From: Octopus bimaculoides
Taxonomy: Eukaryota
Reading direction: 5' to 3'
Length of the DNA: 48,975 nucleotides
Assembly: GCF_001194135.2 (NCBI RefSeq)
Contig: NC_068985.1
Span: 78,716,729-78,765,703 of the forward strand
Shown here: positions 12,306-23,397 of the stretch, piece after piece
How the letters are laid out: each line of letters opens with the position of its first letter
How positions within the stretch are numbered: the stretch's first letter is position 1
Made by a program: the position numbers and the translations under genes
The notes under the pieces: generated by a model
Databases searched by the model: none
Told to the model about the DNA's origin: nothing
The model's input: only the letters and a program-made list of their open reading frames with translations

Positions 12306-13469
12306 CTCACACACACACAGCAACATTACACGCAAAACATATGTTGCCAAAAAGAAATAGTCGCTATCTGTTTATAGTGAGTATGCGAGACAGAAAGTGT
12401 GGTGTGTATGTGAAGTTATTTTGTTAATGTGAGAGAGCAGCATGTGTATGNNNNNNNNNNNNNNNNNNNNNNNNNNNNNNNNNNNNNNNNNNNNNNNNNN
12501 NNNNNNNNNNNNNNNNNNNNNNNNNNNNNNNNNNNNNNNNNNNNNNNNNNNNNNNNNNNNNNNNNNNNNNNNNNNNNNNNNNNNNNNNNNNNNNNNNNNN
12601 NNNNNNNNNNNNNNNNNNNNNNNNNNNNNNNNNNNNNNNNNNNNNNNNNNNNNNNNNNNNNNNNNNNNNNNNNNNNNNNNNNNNNNNNNNNNNNNNNNNN
12701 NNNNNNNNNNNNNNNNNNNNNNNNNNNNNNNNNNNNNNNNNNNNNNNNNNNNNNNNNNNNNNNNNNNNNNNNNNNNNNNNNNNNNNNNNNNNNNNNNNNN
12801 NNNNNNNNNNNNNNNNNNNNNNNNNNNNNNNNNNNNNNNNNNNNNNNNNNNNNNNNNNNNNNNNNNNNNNNNNNNNNNNNNNNNNNNNNNNNNNNNNNNN
12901 NNNNNNNNNNNNNNNNNNNNNNNNNNNNNNNNNNNNNNNNNNNNNNNNNNNNNNNNNNNNNNNNNNNNNNNNNNNNNNNNNNNNNNNNNNNNNNNNNNNN
13001 NNNNNNNNNNNNNNNNNNNNNNNNNNNNNNNNNNNNNNNNNNNNNNNGGCCACTAGGTGGACATCCAATATGCTAGAAAGAGGTCATCAACGACCCAACC
13101 ACAAAGAAAAATAATGTTCTCCAGAAAAATTTCGCAAAACGCCAGAACAGGACAAAATGAGAAATATACAGAATAAAGAATTATCTATGGCCTGCTGCAG
13201 TTTCGAACATTAACGTTTTACTTTCGTAACATCCGTGTTCTCATATATATACTTAAGACTTCGTTGTGATCTGAACAGAACCGCTTCTGACACAGAGAAT
13301 CGGGAGCCCTTTTGGTCATTCTATTTTCCTTGCTGGAAGGGTTGTATCTATCCAATATACTGCTGGTAGAATACCCAATTATTAATACACAAGTGTTGGT
13401 TATTACGTGGCAATTACACTACTGAGCGTAATAGATGGGCGAGGGTAACAAGTGGTTTTACTCTTAGTT

Positions 13470-13690
13470 TATACGGCAAGAAAATGGAGGGGATCCAGAG
13501 GTAGTATGCCTCAACTGTTAAACATTGTATTATGTCTGTCTATTTATCTTGAACAATTCTGAGAATATATACACATGTGTAGAAATTGTGTTTTACATAT
13601 AAAGTACCAGTAATTTCTACAATAGAGAAAGAAGAGCAGTTTCTTACAGCTGTTTCTGCCAAGAGGCCACAGTACCCCCACGTGATCGGT
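13470..13690 (-). repeat. Left arm of a dispersed inverted repeat (partner 18398-18600)
   Basis: Reverse complement aligns along its length (GGCAAGAAAA..TGGAGGGGATCCAGAGGTAGTATGC..CAACTGTTAAACATTGTATTATGTCTGT...GAAGAGCAGTTTCTTACAGCTGTTTCTGCCAAGAGG). Confidence 0.9.
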
Positions 13691-13736
13691 AGATAAAATT
13701 AGGGTACTTGGGTGTGCCTCTAGGCTTCGTCAGAGA
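13642..13736 (-). ncRNA. Type-I hammerhead ribozyme, intact catalytic core
   Basis: Minus: TCT-CTGACGA-A-GCCTAGAGGCAC...GTGGCCTCTTGGC-A-GAAAC-AGCT-GTA-AGA. Long stem II with inner AGTACCC/GGGTACT helix; palindromic ACAGCTGT stem III; stem I only 3 bp. Confidence 0.7.
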
Positions 13737-14045
13737 GTTTAGAAGAGGGTCTAAGAAGTTCAGAGGGCGAATTTATGTATATATACATATACATATATAC
13801 ACTCACATATATATACACACATATATATATACACATATACATATACGCATGTACCCACATACAACAGAATCAGTTATTAGTAGGTGTGGTACAATATTCT
13901 TATTAGAGAATGAATAAGAAGAGAAATAAGAGTAGTATCGAAGTAAGCAATAGAGTCTGAGAGGAGTACAGTTTTGTAGAAATGAAAAGGTATATGAAAG
14001 GAGAAATATATATATATACACACATACATACATACATACATACAT

Positions 14046-14108
<63 letters not shown>

Positions 14109-14867
14109 CGCGCGCACACATAGACACACACATCTTTCATGCGTTAGGAAGGGTGGATTCCTGCAATGGTTCGTATTTTCCTAGCATATAAATATACACA
14201 TACATATAAACATACGATATGTTTACAGTTGAGGGCTTGAGATTATTGTCCCCATTACGGGGGTGAAAGTTTATATTAATAGTTATGATAGCAGTTGGTA
14301 CTAAAGGTAGTAAATCTCCGGGTAGTGACCAAGATACTGTATTAGCTACCGTTATTTTTTGGTTGCTGAATCCCTATGGGTAATGGGGAGGGGGTTATGG
14401 TCAGTCCCGTAACCTAATTGGTCAACTATTTTTTTGAAAGGCTATGACGCTGTTATGATTGGTTAGTGGTTAACAGATAACATAAAAACAAACTAAATAA
14501 AAATATATAAAAACATAAAAAACAAATAAGCCATGGTTAACTATGGGCAGGTAGGTGAGTAAAAATTGATATTGAGACTTGATTCGATTAGATTAAATTA
14601 ACTTAGATTAAATTAAAAATTATATAAGTAAAATGTAGATGAATGGATAGGTTAGTGAGTATGATAGGTTAGAGTGATATGATTAAGAGGATGATGGTTT
14701 TACTAGACTGCTCACGAAAAATAAGTTATTACAAAAGTATAAAACCGCATACAATAAATGTAACACGTGTAGCGTACTCTCTCTGTTATATATACATAGA
14801 TACGGACGTATTGGATAACAGTTAGCATTCGGCCGCACCTTTGGACCCTGTTGTGTCCACCACTGAT

Positions 14868-15030
14868 CGATTGGTATTGGCGCATTTCGTCTCTTGCTCT
14901 ATTGCACGCCAAGATGCAACCCAGCCAATCGCAACCTTCAGGTAAGGTCGCGTGAGACAGTCTTTTCTGAACCCCAGTTTGAGCCGACAGTATGGTATAA
15001 ATAGCTAGTTTCTCACCGTCACAGTCTTCT
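14868..15030 (+). promoter_or_regulatory. Putative Pol II promoter (CCAAT boxes, TATA, Inr-like)
   Basis: ATTGG at 14870 and 14876, CCAAT at 14925, TATAAATA at 14996-15003, CAGTC about 27 nt downstream; locally GC/CpG-rich island. Confidence 0.45.
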
Positions 15031-16648
15031 CGGCTCCAGACCTTCTGAGGTCTAGCCGCTGACCACAGAGCACACGGCCAGTTCCAGCGACGACACCACA
15101 GCAGCCACATCGACACTTCGTTCAGCAGCTTACAGCAAACTCCATCTTCGTCGCCTCCAGCTTCTTAGCGTCAACATCGTCTCTCTACGTATACAACAAC
15201 TAACAGCATTCGCACAGGTTTTATCTCCACACTGTGAATTACTTCACCATGGATAACAGCCATTACAACCAGCGACAACCTCCTGTAACAAATAACCGGC
15301 AGCAGCATTGAAGCCGCAACTTCTCACGACATGTGCCTCTCCCCGGCTCTGCTACGCGGCCTCAACTTCTTGTTACAGCACTTCAACCACTGTGTACCTT
15401 GGATACGAACTGGTATTTTATATTAAATTTGTTTAGCTTTAATTTCATATAACCTTTTCACATATGTACAATGGTAAGTTTGATTCCTTCTTTATTGAAG
15501 TTTCTCTTATAATTCTTTGTATAGATGACATATTTAATCTTATTATTGCTAAGTTAATATATATTTTAAATTTCGATGGTTGCTGTTTGAGTGTAACCTA
15601 ATTTAGTTTTACTTTGTAATTTATTATTTGTAATCTCTTATTTATCTTGATTACATATCCTTTATTTGTCTCATAAATATTTTTTTTAAAATCAACATAA
15701 CGATTTGATAGGATTAATAACAATGACTGATTTATTTTGATTCTATAAAAATATGTTATTTTGCCAGATAACATATATTTGACCATGGATAAACATTTTT
15801 CTAATGTTAACTTTAACTTTATTTCTATTTTAGTATATTACAGATAACACTTCTTAAGTGAGTTGGGTTTTTTTCTCAAGTATCTAATGAATTATTTGAT
15901 ATAATGGTGTTGTTTTCATCTGCCTACTTTACATCATAATAGTTACTTAATTTTTCATTTATATGTATATGTGAGATAGTAACGATTACATCGTAATATT
16001 TTACTTTTTACTTTATCGATTAAATCCGTTCCTTCTTTTGATATTATTTTTAATATTGTATCTGAACCCCATTACTAAGTTAATTTATTATATTTTTTCT
16101 TAAACTTTGATAGCTGCAATCTGAATGTAACCTAATTTATTTTACTTATTATTATTTATTATCTATAGTTTATATTCTCTAATTTATCTTGTTTACATAA
16201 CCTTAAAATAAGTCTCACTACCGTTCTAAACTTAAAATGAAATATAATTATTTGATGTGATTATGTACATTTGAGTAGATTATGTTTTACATAAATATTA
16301 TTTACTATATTTACCTCTCTTTGACCATAAATTTATAAATATATTTTTTATTATAGTATATAGCAGTTGATTTTCTTTCTTCGTTTTATTTACTTTCAAA
16401 AGTCCAACGGTCTTTATTGAAATTTACAGCGTCCCTTACTCTTTCGCTACTTAACATCCTAGGTTAATATCCTAATTTAACAACACTACTTACTTACTTA
16501 CTTTACTATGTAACGGTTTTCTTAACCGATATTGTATGCAGTTTTAATATGTTTCATGTCATTTCAATCTGTTTATACACATGTAATTTAAAGACAACTT
16601 TTTTTAATGTTGCCTGTTATTTACTGTCTGCTATGAATTAATCAAATC

Positions 16649-16730
16649 TGACCCTGAAGAGATACAACATTCCATATTTTATAACATACAGGAGTGAGTC
16701 GGGATATTGCATCGAAATGTTCATAGGTCA
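16649..16730 (+). ncRNA. Type-I hammerhead ribozyme, intact core, followed by AATAAA
   Basis: TGACC-CTGAAGA-GATACAACATTCC...GGGATATTGCATC-GAAA-TGTTCA-TA-GGTCA. Stem I 5 bp perfect; stem II 11/13 paired; predicted cut after 16725; AATAAA at 16733-16738. Confidence 0.75.
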
Positions 16731-16911
16731 TTAATAAAGTCTTTACAATAGATCACGTTATAGCTCTTATTTAAATTGATATGCACACAATCATAACTAA
16801 CCCAATATATACCTTCATTTATACACCTACATATATATAGTATATGATATAATAGAACAACAACAACAACACAAATATTTATTATGTTAGTAGGGGTTTA
16901 AATACTAGGTG

Positions 16912-17467
16912 TTAGTGGTGTTTGGAAAAGGTATGCCTAATTTTATGAAGACAGGAAACGTTTCTTTCCTTAAGACTGTTTATAAGCAGAAGTTCATTAA
17001 CACATAACATACATTTTCTATTTCTAGTACTATACGCCGGTGCTGTTGATAAGATTTTCCAATGTAAATCATAGTTAATTTCCCTATCCTTAAGTTCCCA
17101 TATATAGAAACTTATTCCCGTAGAATTCCTCCTATTTCTACTTCTAAAAGTATACCTATGGTGATTCAGCCTCTGTTTCATATTGTTTTTGATCGCTCCC
17201 ACATATACCTTACTATCAGATTGTGTACTTACTTCCTTTCTAATGCAGTTATTATTGAATACACAATTACTGCTGATTCTACAATCGCATATTCTATGTA
17301 GCTGTGTGGGGTTTATATTATTGGGGATGACAGTCATTACATTATTGGTACTGTGGCTATTGTTGATACCAATAACGCTATTATTGTTGTTACTATTGTG
17401 ATTACTAGTAATAGTATTATTATTATTGGTTAGAATAATAGTATTATTATTATTTTCATTTCTATTG

Positions 17468-17543
<76 letters not shown>

Positions 17544-17618
17544 GATTATTATCTTCCCCAACAACGCAATTTCTATTATTATTATTATTATCATCCCCAA
17601 CAACGCAATTTCTATTAC

Positions 17619-17660
<42 letters not shown>

Positions 17661-18400
17661 TTGTGTGTATCATTTCTTTTATTTTTCCTACTTAGATAGG
17701 TGTCCAGTTTTCTATTGTTAATTGAGGAGATGTTGGTAGCCAGGTGATGTGTTAAACTGTATCCTATTCTTATTGTTTTGTTATTGATTATCTCCCAATA
17801 TTTGTTTTTTTCTTTTGTAAAATATTTGTTAATTAATCTAAATGTTGTTTTCATCATGTTATTAATTTGCATAGCGAAATGGATGATTAACCACAGAGTA
17901 TCAATTTCATTATTTCCCTTATTGGGTTTTTTTATATTATGTGTATTCTGTTATTATTCTTTTTATTTTTATAATTAATATTATTATTATTATTATTATT
18001 GTTGTTGTTGTTGTTATGGCTATTATTATTTATGAGTCACTTTATCATATTTCTAATATTTCTATTGTTATTTTTATATTTATTCTTGGTAGTGTTACAG
18101 TCATTTAAATTTTGGGAGCTTGAGGTAGTTGCTCTATCCTGGCTACTATAGCTAATATTCCTGGGGAGATATTTAATTTTACCTTTATATTCTGCATTTT
18201 TTAGTGCTATGCTGTATTTTTCCTTGTGTTTATTAAAGATCTCTTCATTAGGGGAGAGATTTGAAATTCTTTTACTTATATTTAATAGTAGGGCGTTTTT
18301 TATTTGCAAGGGATGGTTACTAGAATTATTTATATGTCTTAATGTAGAGTTTTCTTTAATATAAGGCTCACTACAGTACACTGAAAAGACGGAAATAACA
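16912..18400 (-). mobile_element. 5'-truncated Penelope-like element (Naiad-like): RT thumb, linker and GIY-YIG endonuclease, disrupted
   Basis: PYIKENSTLRHINNSSNHP..., FRLINKYF...IRIGYS..., CDCRISSNCVFNNNC, KVYVG..KQRLNHHRYTF...GISFYIWELKD...HWKILSTAPAY..RKCMLCVNE. Frameshifts and stops; the GIY half-motif appears deleted. The subclade call is from memory of motifs. Confidence 0.85.
17390..17660. repeat. (ATT)n expansion inside the PLE linker (poly-Asn), with an internal duplicated ~40-bp unit
   Basis: Direct reading; ATCxTCCCCAACAACGCAATTTCTATTA occurs twice. Confidence 0.9.
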
Positions 18401-18600
18401 TGTGGGCTTATTGTGACCTCTTGGCAGAAACAGCTGTAAGAAACTGCTCTTCTTTCTCTATTTTAGAAATTAATGGTACTTGATACGTAAAACACAATTT
18501 TTACACATGCAAATATATTCAAAATAAAGAAACAGACATAATACAATGTTTAACAGTTGATGCATACTACCTCTGGATCCCCTCCATTTTTTTCTTGCCC
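18398..18600 (+). repeat. Right arm of the inverted repeat; carries only the 3' half of the hammerhead
   Basis: GTGACCTCTTGGCAGAAACAGCTGTAAGAAACT is present but the CTGANGA half is replaced by the PLE 5'-truncation junction. Confidence 0.85.
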
Positions 18601-18624
18601 AATATATATATATACACACACATA

Positions 18625-18819
18625 CAAGAGTTAAGGAATCTCCCATGTGTTAACATGTACTGCCTTGCGACAATGTAAACTTTTATCTAATCAAGATATC
18701 CTTGGCCTGACAAGTAGCCTGGGGTATACATCTTGCTTGGATATTTATCACTTCCGAGGTTCCGCTCGCTATGAAATATATGTAGCCCGGATCTTATCGA
18801 CTCCTTTCCTTAACTCTTG
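18625..18819. mobile_element. 195-bp MITE with 14-bp TIRs and TA target duplication
   Basis: TA|CAAGAGTTAAGGAA ... TTCCTTAACTCTTG|TA. Confidence 0.7.
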
Positions 18820-19009
18820 TATTATTATTTACATACCCGGCAACCCTGGTTGCCTATTGTGAAATGTAAAAAGAACTTTTACTTCGATATGAAAAAAAAA
18901 TCCACAACTTTCCATCTCAATAAACCACTATTGTTCCTGAAAGTTGTTTTTTTATATTTACGACAGCTTGCTTGGAGCTAACTTTCTTCCTACACCTTAA
19001 TCCCTGGAT

Positions 19010-19071
<62 letters not shown>

Positions 19072-19264
19072 CACATATANNNNNNNNNNNNNNNNNNNNN
19101 NNNNNNNNNNNNNNNNNNNNNNNNNNNNNNNNNNNNNNNNNNNNNNNNNNNNNNNNNNNNNNNNNNNNNNNNNNNNNNNNNNNNNNNNNNNNNNNNNNNN
19201 NNNNNNNNNNNNNNNNNNNNNNNNNNNNNNNNNNNNNNNNNNNNNNNNNNNNNNNNNNNNNNNN

Positions 19265-19308
<44 letters not shown>

Positions 19309-19360
19309 TCACATATATATATATATATATACATATACCCCCCCCCATATATATGTATAT

Positions 19361-19455
19361 ATGGGTTGGACGATTTGACTGGGTCAGTCCCCAGTCAAAT
19401 CATCCAACCCATGCTAGCATGGAAAGCGGACGTTAAATGATGATGATGATGATGT
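19361..19455 (+). mobile_element. 3' tail of SINE family V with a fold-back at its 5' junction
   Basis: CAAATCATCCAACCCATGCTAGCATGGAAAGCGGACGTTAAA(TGA)n preceded by its own reverse complement. Confidence 0.8.
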
Positions 19456-19911
19456 TGATGTAGCATATAAGTTGCTTCTGCTGAGTTACTATTAATGTTC
19501 TATTTGCCTCAAAGAAACCCTAGGAATCTAAGTGGGTTTCATGTTGTTATCTCCGATTTATAGCCAAATTACATCCATTATCAGGAAAATACAAAATATT
19601 TCAAATGTTATGCCAGTATTAAATTTCAACTCTTCTTTTCGTTATTGATTGTTTATTTAAAATAATTTTATTTCGAAATTAATTTAATTTAGACTATAGA
19701 TTGCTGTAATTAATTGTGTCCAGATGTAGAGGTGGTGATTATTTTAATTGTAAAATTGAAATAAATAACAGTGCCAATAAAGAAGATGGTAAAGTGTCAG
19801 AGTTGTTAGAGTGCCTTGAGTTATTTGCTCTAGCTCAATTCCTGCTGAGGTCATCTTTCCCTTTCATCCTTCTAACATAGCTAAATAAAGTACCACTCAA
19901 AGCCGATGAGT

Positions 19912-20122
19912 TCTTTTTACTTGTTTCAGTCAATTAATTGCGGCCATGCTGGAGCACCACCTTAAAAAGGGTTATTAGTTGAAGAAATTAACCCCAGGAC
20001 TTATTGTTTGTAAGCCTAGTACTTATTCTATCATTCTCTTTTGCCAAATCGCTAAGTTATGCAGATGTAAACACACCAACATGGGCTGTCAAGCGATGGA
20101 GGAAGGACAAACATAGACACAA
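19912..20122 (-). mobile_element. 3' part of SINE family A
   Basis: Matches 39290-39480 in reverse (GGTGCTCCAGCATGGCCGCA, AAGTACTAGGCTTACAAA). Confidence 0.8.
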
Positions 20123-20619
20123 AACCTTGCTTACACCTACACCTCGAAGAACTTTCAATGTTCAGATCCATCTTCTCATGAGATTTACGAAAACAATATA
20201 AACTTAACAAGTCTGATATCTACATCTATATTCTCTAGGTAAAGATGTGAATTCAGTAATTTTCTATATATTTACTGAAAATAGTTGTACACTTTTTTTT
20301 CTTTTAACAAAATGTGATATAGAGATATATAAAATACAAACCCCATTAATGTATCTAATGTAACATTAAAGTTTAATGTTAAAAGTCAACATAATTTTGA
20401 TTTACTTCTAAAATGTTTTTAAATAGAAATTTTTTGTTGTTTGTTTTTCTTACTGAATTTTCACTTAAACCACATGAAACTATGTAAATGTAAATACAAT
20501 TAGTTTGTATCTATAATATTGCAATTTAAAAATGCAATTTTAATTTTACTTGATATTTAGTGATATATAGAAATTACAATTTACGAATAACATTCGTACA
20601 AAATAAATTACAAAAGATT

Positions 20620-21395
20620 CTGTATAGTCTGGTTCAGGAAGAGGCCTATTATGAAGGTGACACCAACCCAATTGATACCAATGGTTGAGTTTAGATTCAC
20701 CCCAGAGAATAAGGCTAGGAACCACTTTATCGAAGATTGAAATGAAGTTCCTGGTTGAAATAGACCATAAAACCTCCATGATCAACCTACCAAACGACTT
20801 GCAGCTAATTGTGACGGTGTTTGGCAGGAGGGCTAGGTACCACTTGTGTGGTACTAACAACTACTTGAGAGCTTTCTGACCAAACAGCAAGTAAGAGAAG
20901 AAAAACCAGCGCGCCTGCCAACCTCATACCCACATCAGCAGCAACAACAAGAGTAAGAACAATAACAACACCAAAAAAAGATCTACAACAACAACAGCAA
21001 CAGCAGCAGCCATAACAACAGTGACAGCACAAGCAGCAGTAATTACAACAGCTGCTACAGAAGCAGCAACAAAATCAACAAACCAAAAACCGTACCACCA
21101 AGCGCAACAGTAGAAACAGCTGCAACAAGAACAAATGTACCAGAAGCAACAGCAACAACAGTAATAGAATCCCGAGGACAACAAAAACAGGATGTATCAC
21201 CGAACTTCTTCAAAGTGTCTTCCAGCTTTGTTATTTTCCCTAACAATACACAAACAGCACATTTGCATAGACATACATCTTCCCGACTTCGTCTCAGAAT
21301 TATCTGTTTCAAAGACTTCGTCGTACGAGACGACGCAAAAGACTGGACGAATAGGCCCTCGTAAGAGGGAAACACCACCAAATTGAGATTCATTA
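20620..21395 (+). pseudogene. Probable Tx1/L1-type ORF1 remnant with degenerate zinc knuckle and low-complexity (ACA/GCA)n region
   Basis: ...EIDHKTSMINLPNDLQLIVTVFGRRARYHLCGTNNYLRAF* resembles GRxPxCxxCGxxxHxxxxCP; followed by a Thr/Ala/Gln-rich stretch. Confidence 0.4.
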
Positions 21396-21759
21396 AATAA
21401 GTGTTATTGATTTGGGTTCCCTCTTAAAGTAGAAAGATTTAATGATAGATACATTCGAATTAAATATAAAATACGAATTTATTTTAGGAACACATTAGGA
21501 TCAAAGCAACTACAATTTTCCTGGAAAGTGCATTTATTGTTTTAGTCACCGAAAAATAATTATTAGTGCATTTAATTTTCATTTTTGATTTCTAAAAGAT
21601 ATATTGTCTGCTTATTTAAAGAACAATGATTTTGTGAAAGAAAAATTTTGATTATGATCAAATATTTAGGCTGTCCATTAATAAATCTGAAGTCCAAATT
21701 CACCATTCGTGAAGGAGCGAGATTGAATTAAGTTAACAGTTATAACTTGGATTTACAAT

Positions 21760-22218
21760 ATGATGGCACCTGTACCAGTGGAACGCTAAGAGCACCGTCC
21801 GAGCATGATCATTGCCAGAGCAGCTGTCTGACTTCCATGCCAGTGGCACGTAAATAGCACCATTTCAGCATGATCATTACCAGCGTCGCCTTACTGGCAC
21901 TTTGCCAGTGGCACGTGAAAGAACATTCGAGCGAGGTCATTGCCAGTGCCACTGGACTGGCTCCTGTGTAGGTGGCACGTAAAATACACCATTTTGAGCG
22001 TGGCCATTGCCAGTACCGCCTGACTGACCTTTGTGCCGGTGGCACGTAAAAGCCCCCACTAAACTCTCAGAGTGGTTGGTGTTAGGAAGGGCATCCAGCT
22101 GTAGAAACTCTGCCAAATCAGATTGGAGCCTGGTGTAGCCATCTGGTTCACCAGTCCTCAGTCAAATCGTCCAACCCATGCTAGCATGGAAGGCAGACGT
22201 TAAACGATGATGATTATG
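21760..22218 (+). mobile_element. SINE family V (V-domain-like core, (GAT)n tail) with five ~65-bp 5' tandem units
   Basis: GTGGCACGT-type motif at ~21777, 21843, 21908, 21972, 22039; core GTTGGxGTTAGGAAGGGCATCCAGCTGTAGAAAC resembles the V-SINE domain. Confidence 0.8.
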
Positions 22219-22237
22219 ACACTAGTATTGCTGCAGC

Positions 22238-22880
22238 TAAGGTGGAGAACTGGCAGAATTATTAGAATTTGGAAGAATGCTTTATGATTTCTGTTCTAAC
22301 TCTCTGTGGTTTGAGTTCAAATCCAGCCGAGGGTAGCTTTGCTGTTCATTCTTTCGGGGTCAATAAGATGCTTTGCTCTATCTATTTTGGTTATTTGCGA
22401 TCTGATAGCAATACCTGCGACAATGCTGATGCTAAACCGTATCAACACAAATCAGTGCCTTTCCTATGGATAAACATCAGTAGTGTGGGAAAGCAAGACT
22501 TGCATACATGGGCAACTGCCAATCTTCCTAAAAATTTTGCAAAGGCCCGTTCATACATGTATAGATGCAGCACAAACTTTAACAGATAGAGACTCTATAT
22601 TTACACAGAACACACTGTACACCATCATGTAGAATTTTCCACAAAAGGTAGTTGTCATTAGGGTTTTTTTTAAATTCTTTTGGATGTTCCATGATTGTGC
22701 ATTTGGTATAAGATACGTTCAGACATAGGCTATAATTAGCACCGCTTATAGTGGTGACCTAGTAGAACCATTAGTAAGCCAGACAAAATGCTTAGCAGCA
22801 TTTCGTCCATCTTTATGTTATGAGTTCAAATTCCATCGAAATCGACTTTACCTTTCATACTTTCTGGATCGATAAAATCT
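22238..22880 (+). mobile_element. Two partial SINE family B copies (22238-22400, 22745-22880)
   Basis: CTGGCAGAAT heads, GAGTTCAAAT, CTTTCAT/GGGGTCAATAA core. Confidence 0.65.
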
Positions 22881-22959
22881 TATATATTTTATTTAATAAA
22901 CTAACCTAGCCTAATCTAACCTAACCTTCCATTAACTATCATTATGTTAGTTTAGGGTG

Positions 22960-23397
22960 AGGTAAGGTTAGACTGGTAATTTACAGACTTTTACCATTAT
23001 ATATTTTTACCAAATTAATGTTTGATTTTGCAATTAATTTTGATGGCGGAATTCATATTTTTATTAAGTTAAAGCAAAACGTTAAAGCACACGAATATGA
23101 AAAGTTTATTTTTTAAATACATATATTTTTCTGGTTTTTTTTTGGTTTTTTTTTTAATATTTTACATGAGACTNNNNNNNNNNAGGTAAGGTTAGACTGG
23201 TAATTTACAGACTTTTACCATTATATATTTTTACCAAATTAATGTTTGATTTTGCAATTAATTTTGATGGCGGAATTCATATTTTTATTAAGTTAAAGCA
23301 AAACGTTAAAGCACACGAATATGAAAAGTTTATTTTTTAAATACATATATTTTTCTGGTTTTTTTTTGGTTTTTTTTTTAATATTTTACATGAGACT
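22960..23397. other. Exact 214-bp duplication across a 10-N gap; probable assembly overlap artefact
   Basis: 22960-23173 equals 23184-23397, including homopolymer lengths. Confidence 0.85.

Noticed and set aside
12424-13076. ORFs of 200+ aa spanning N runs (also 5730-6010, 19080-19264, 25159-25633, 26894-27486)
   Set aside because: Open only because of assembly gaps.
18035-18039. In-frame TGA in the PLE ORF as possible selenocysteine
   Set aside because: It lies in an Asn-rich linker rather than at a conserved Cys, and the ORF has other frameshifts; no SECIS identified.
21770-22050. Regularly spaced ~65-bp repeats resembling a CRISPR array
   Set aside because: Eukaryotic context; the inter-motif parts are homologous to each other and to other SINE copies; no cas genes.
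22960-23397. Tandem 214-bp duplication
   Set aside because: 100% identical and split by a 10-N gap, so most likely unmerged contig overlap.
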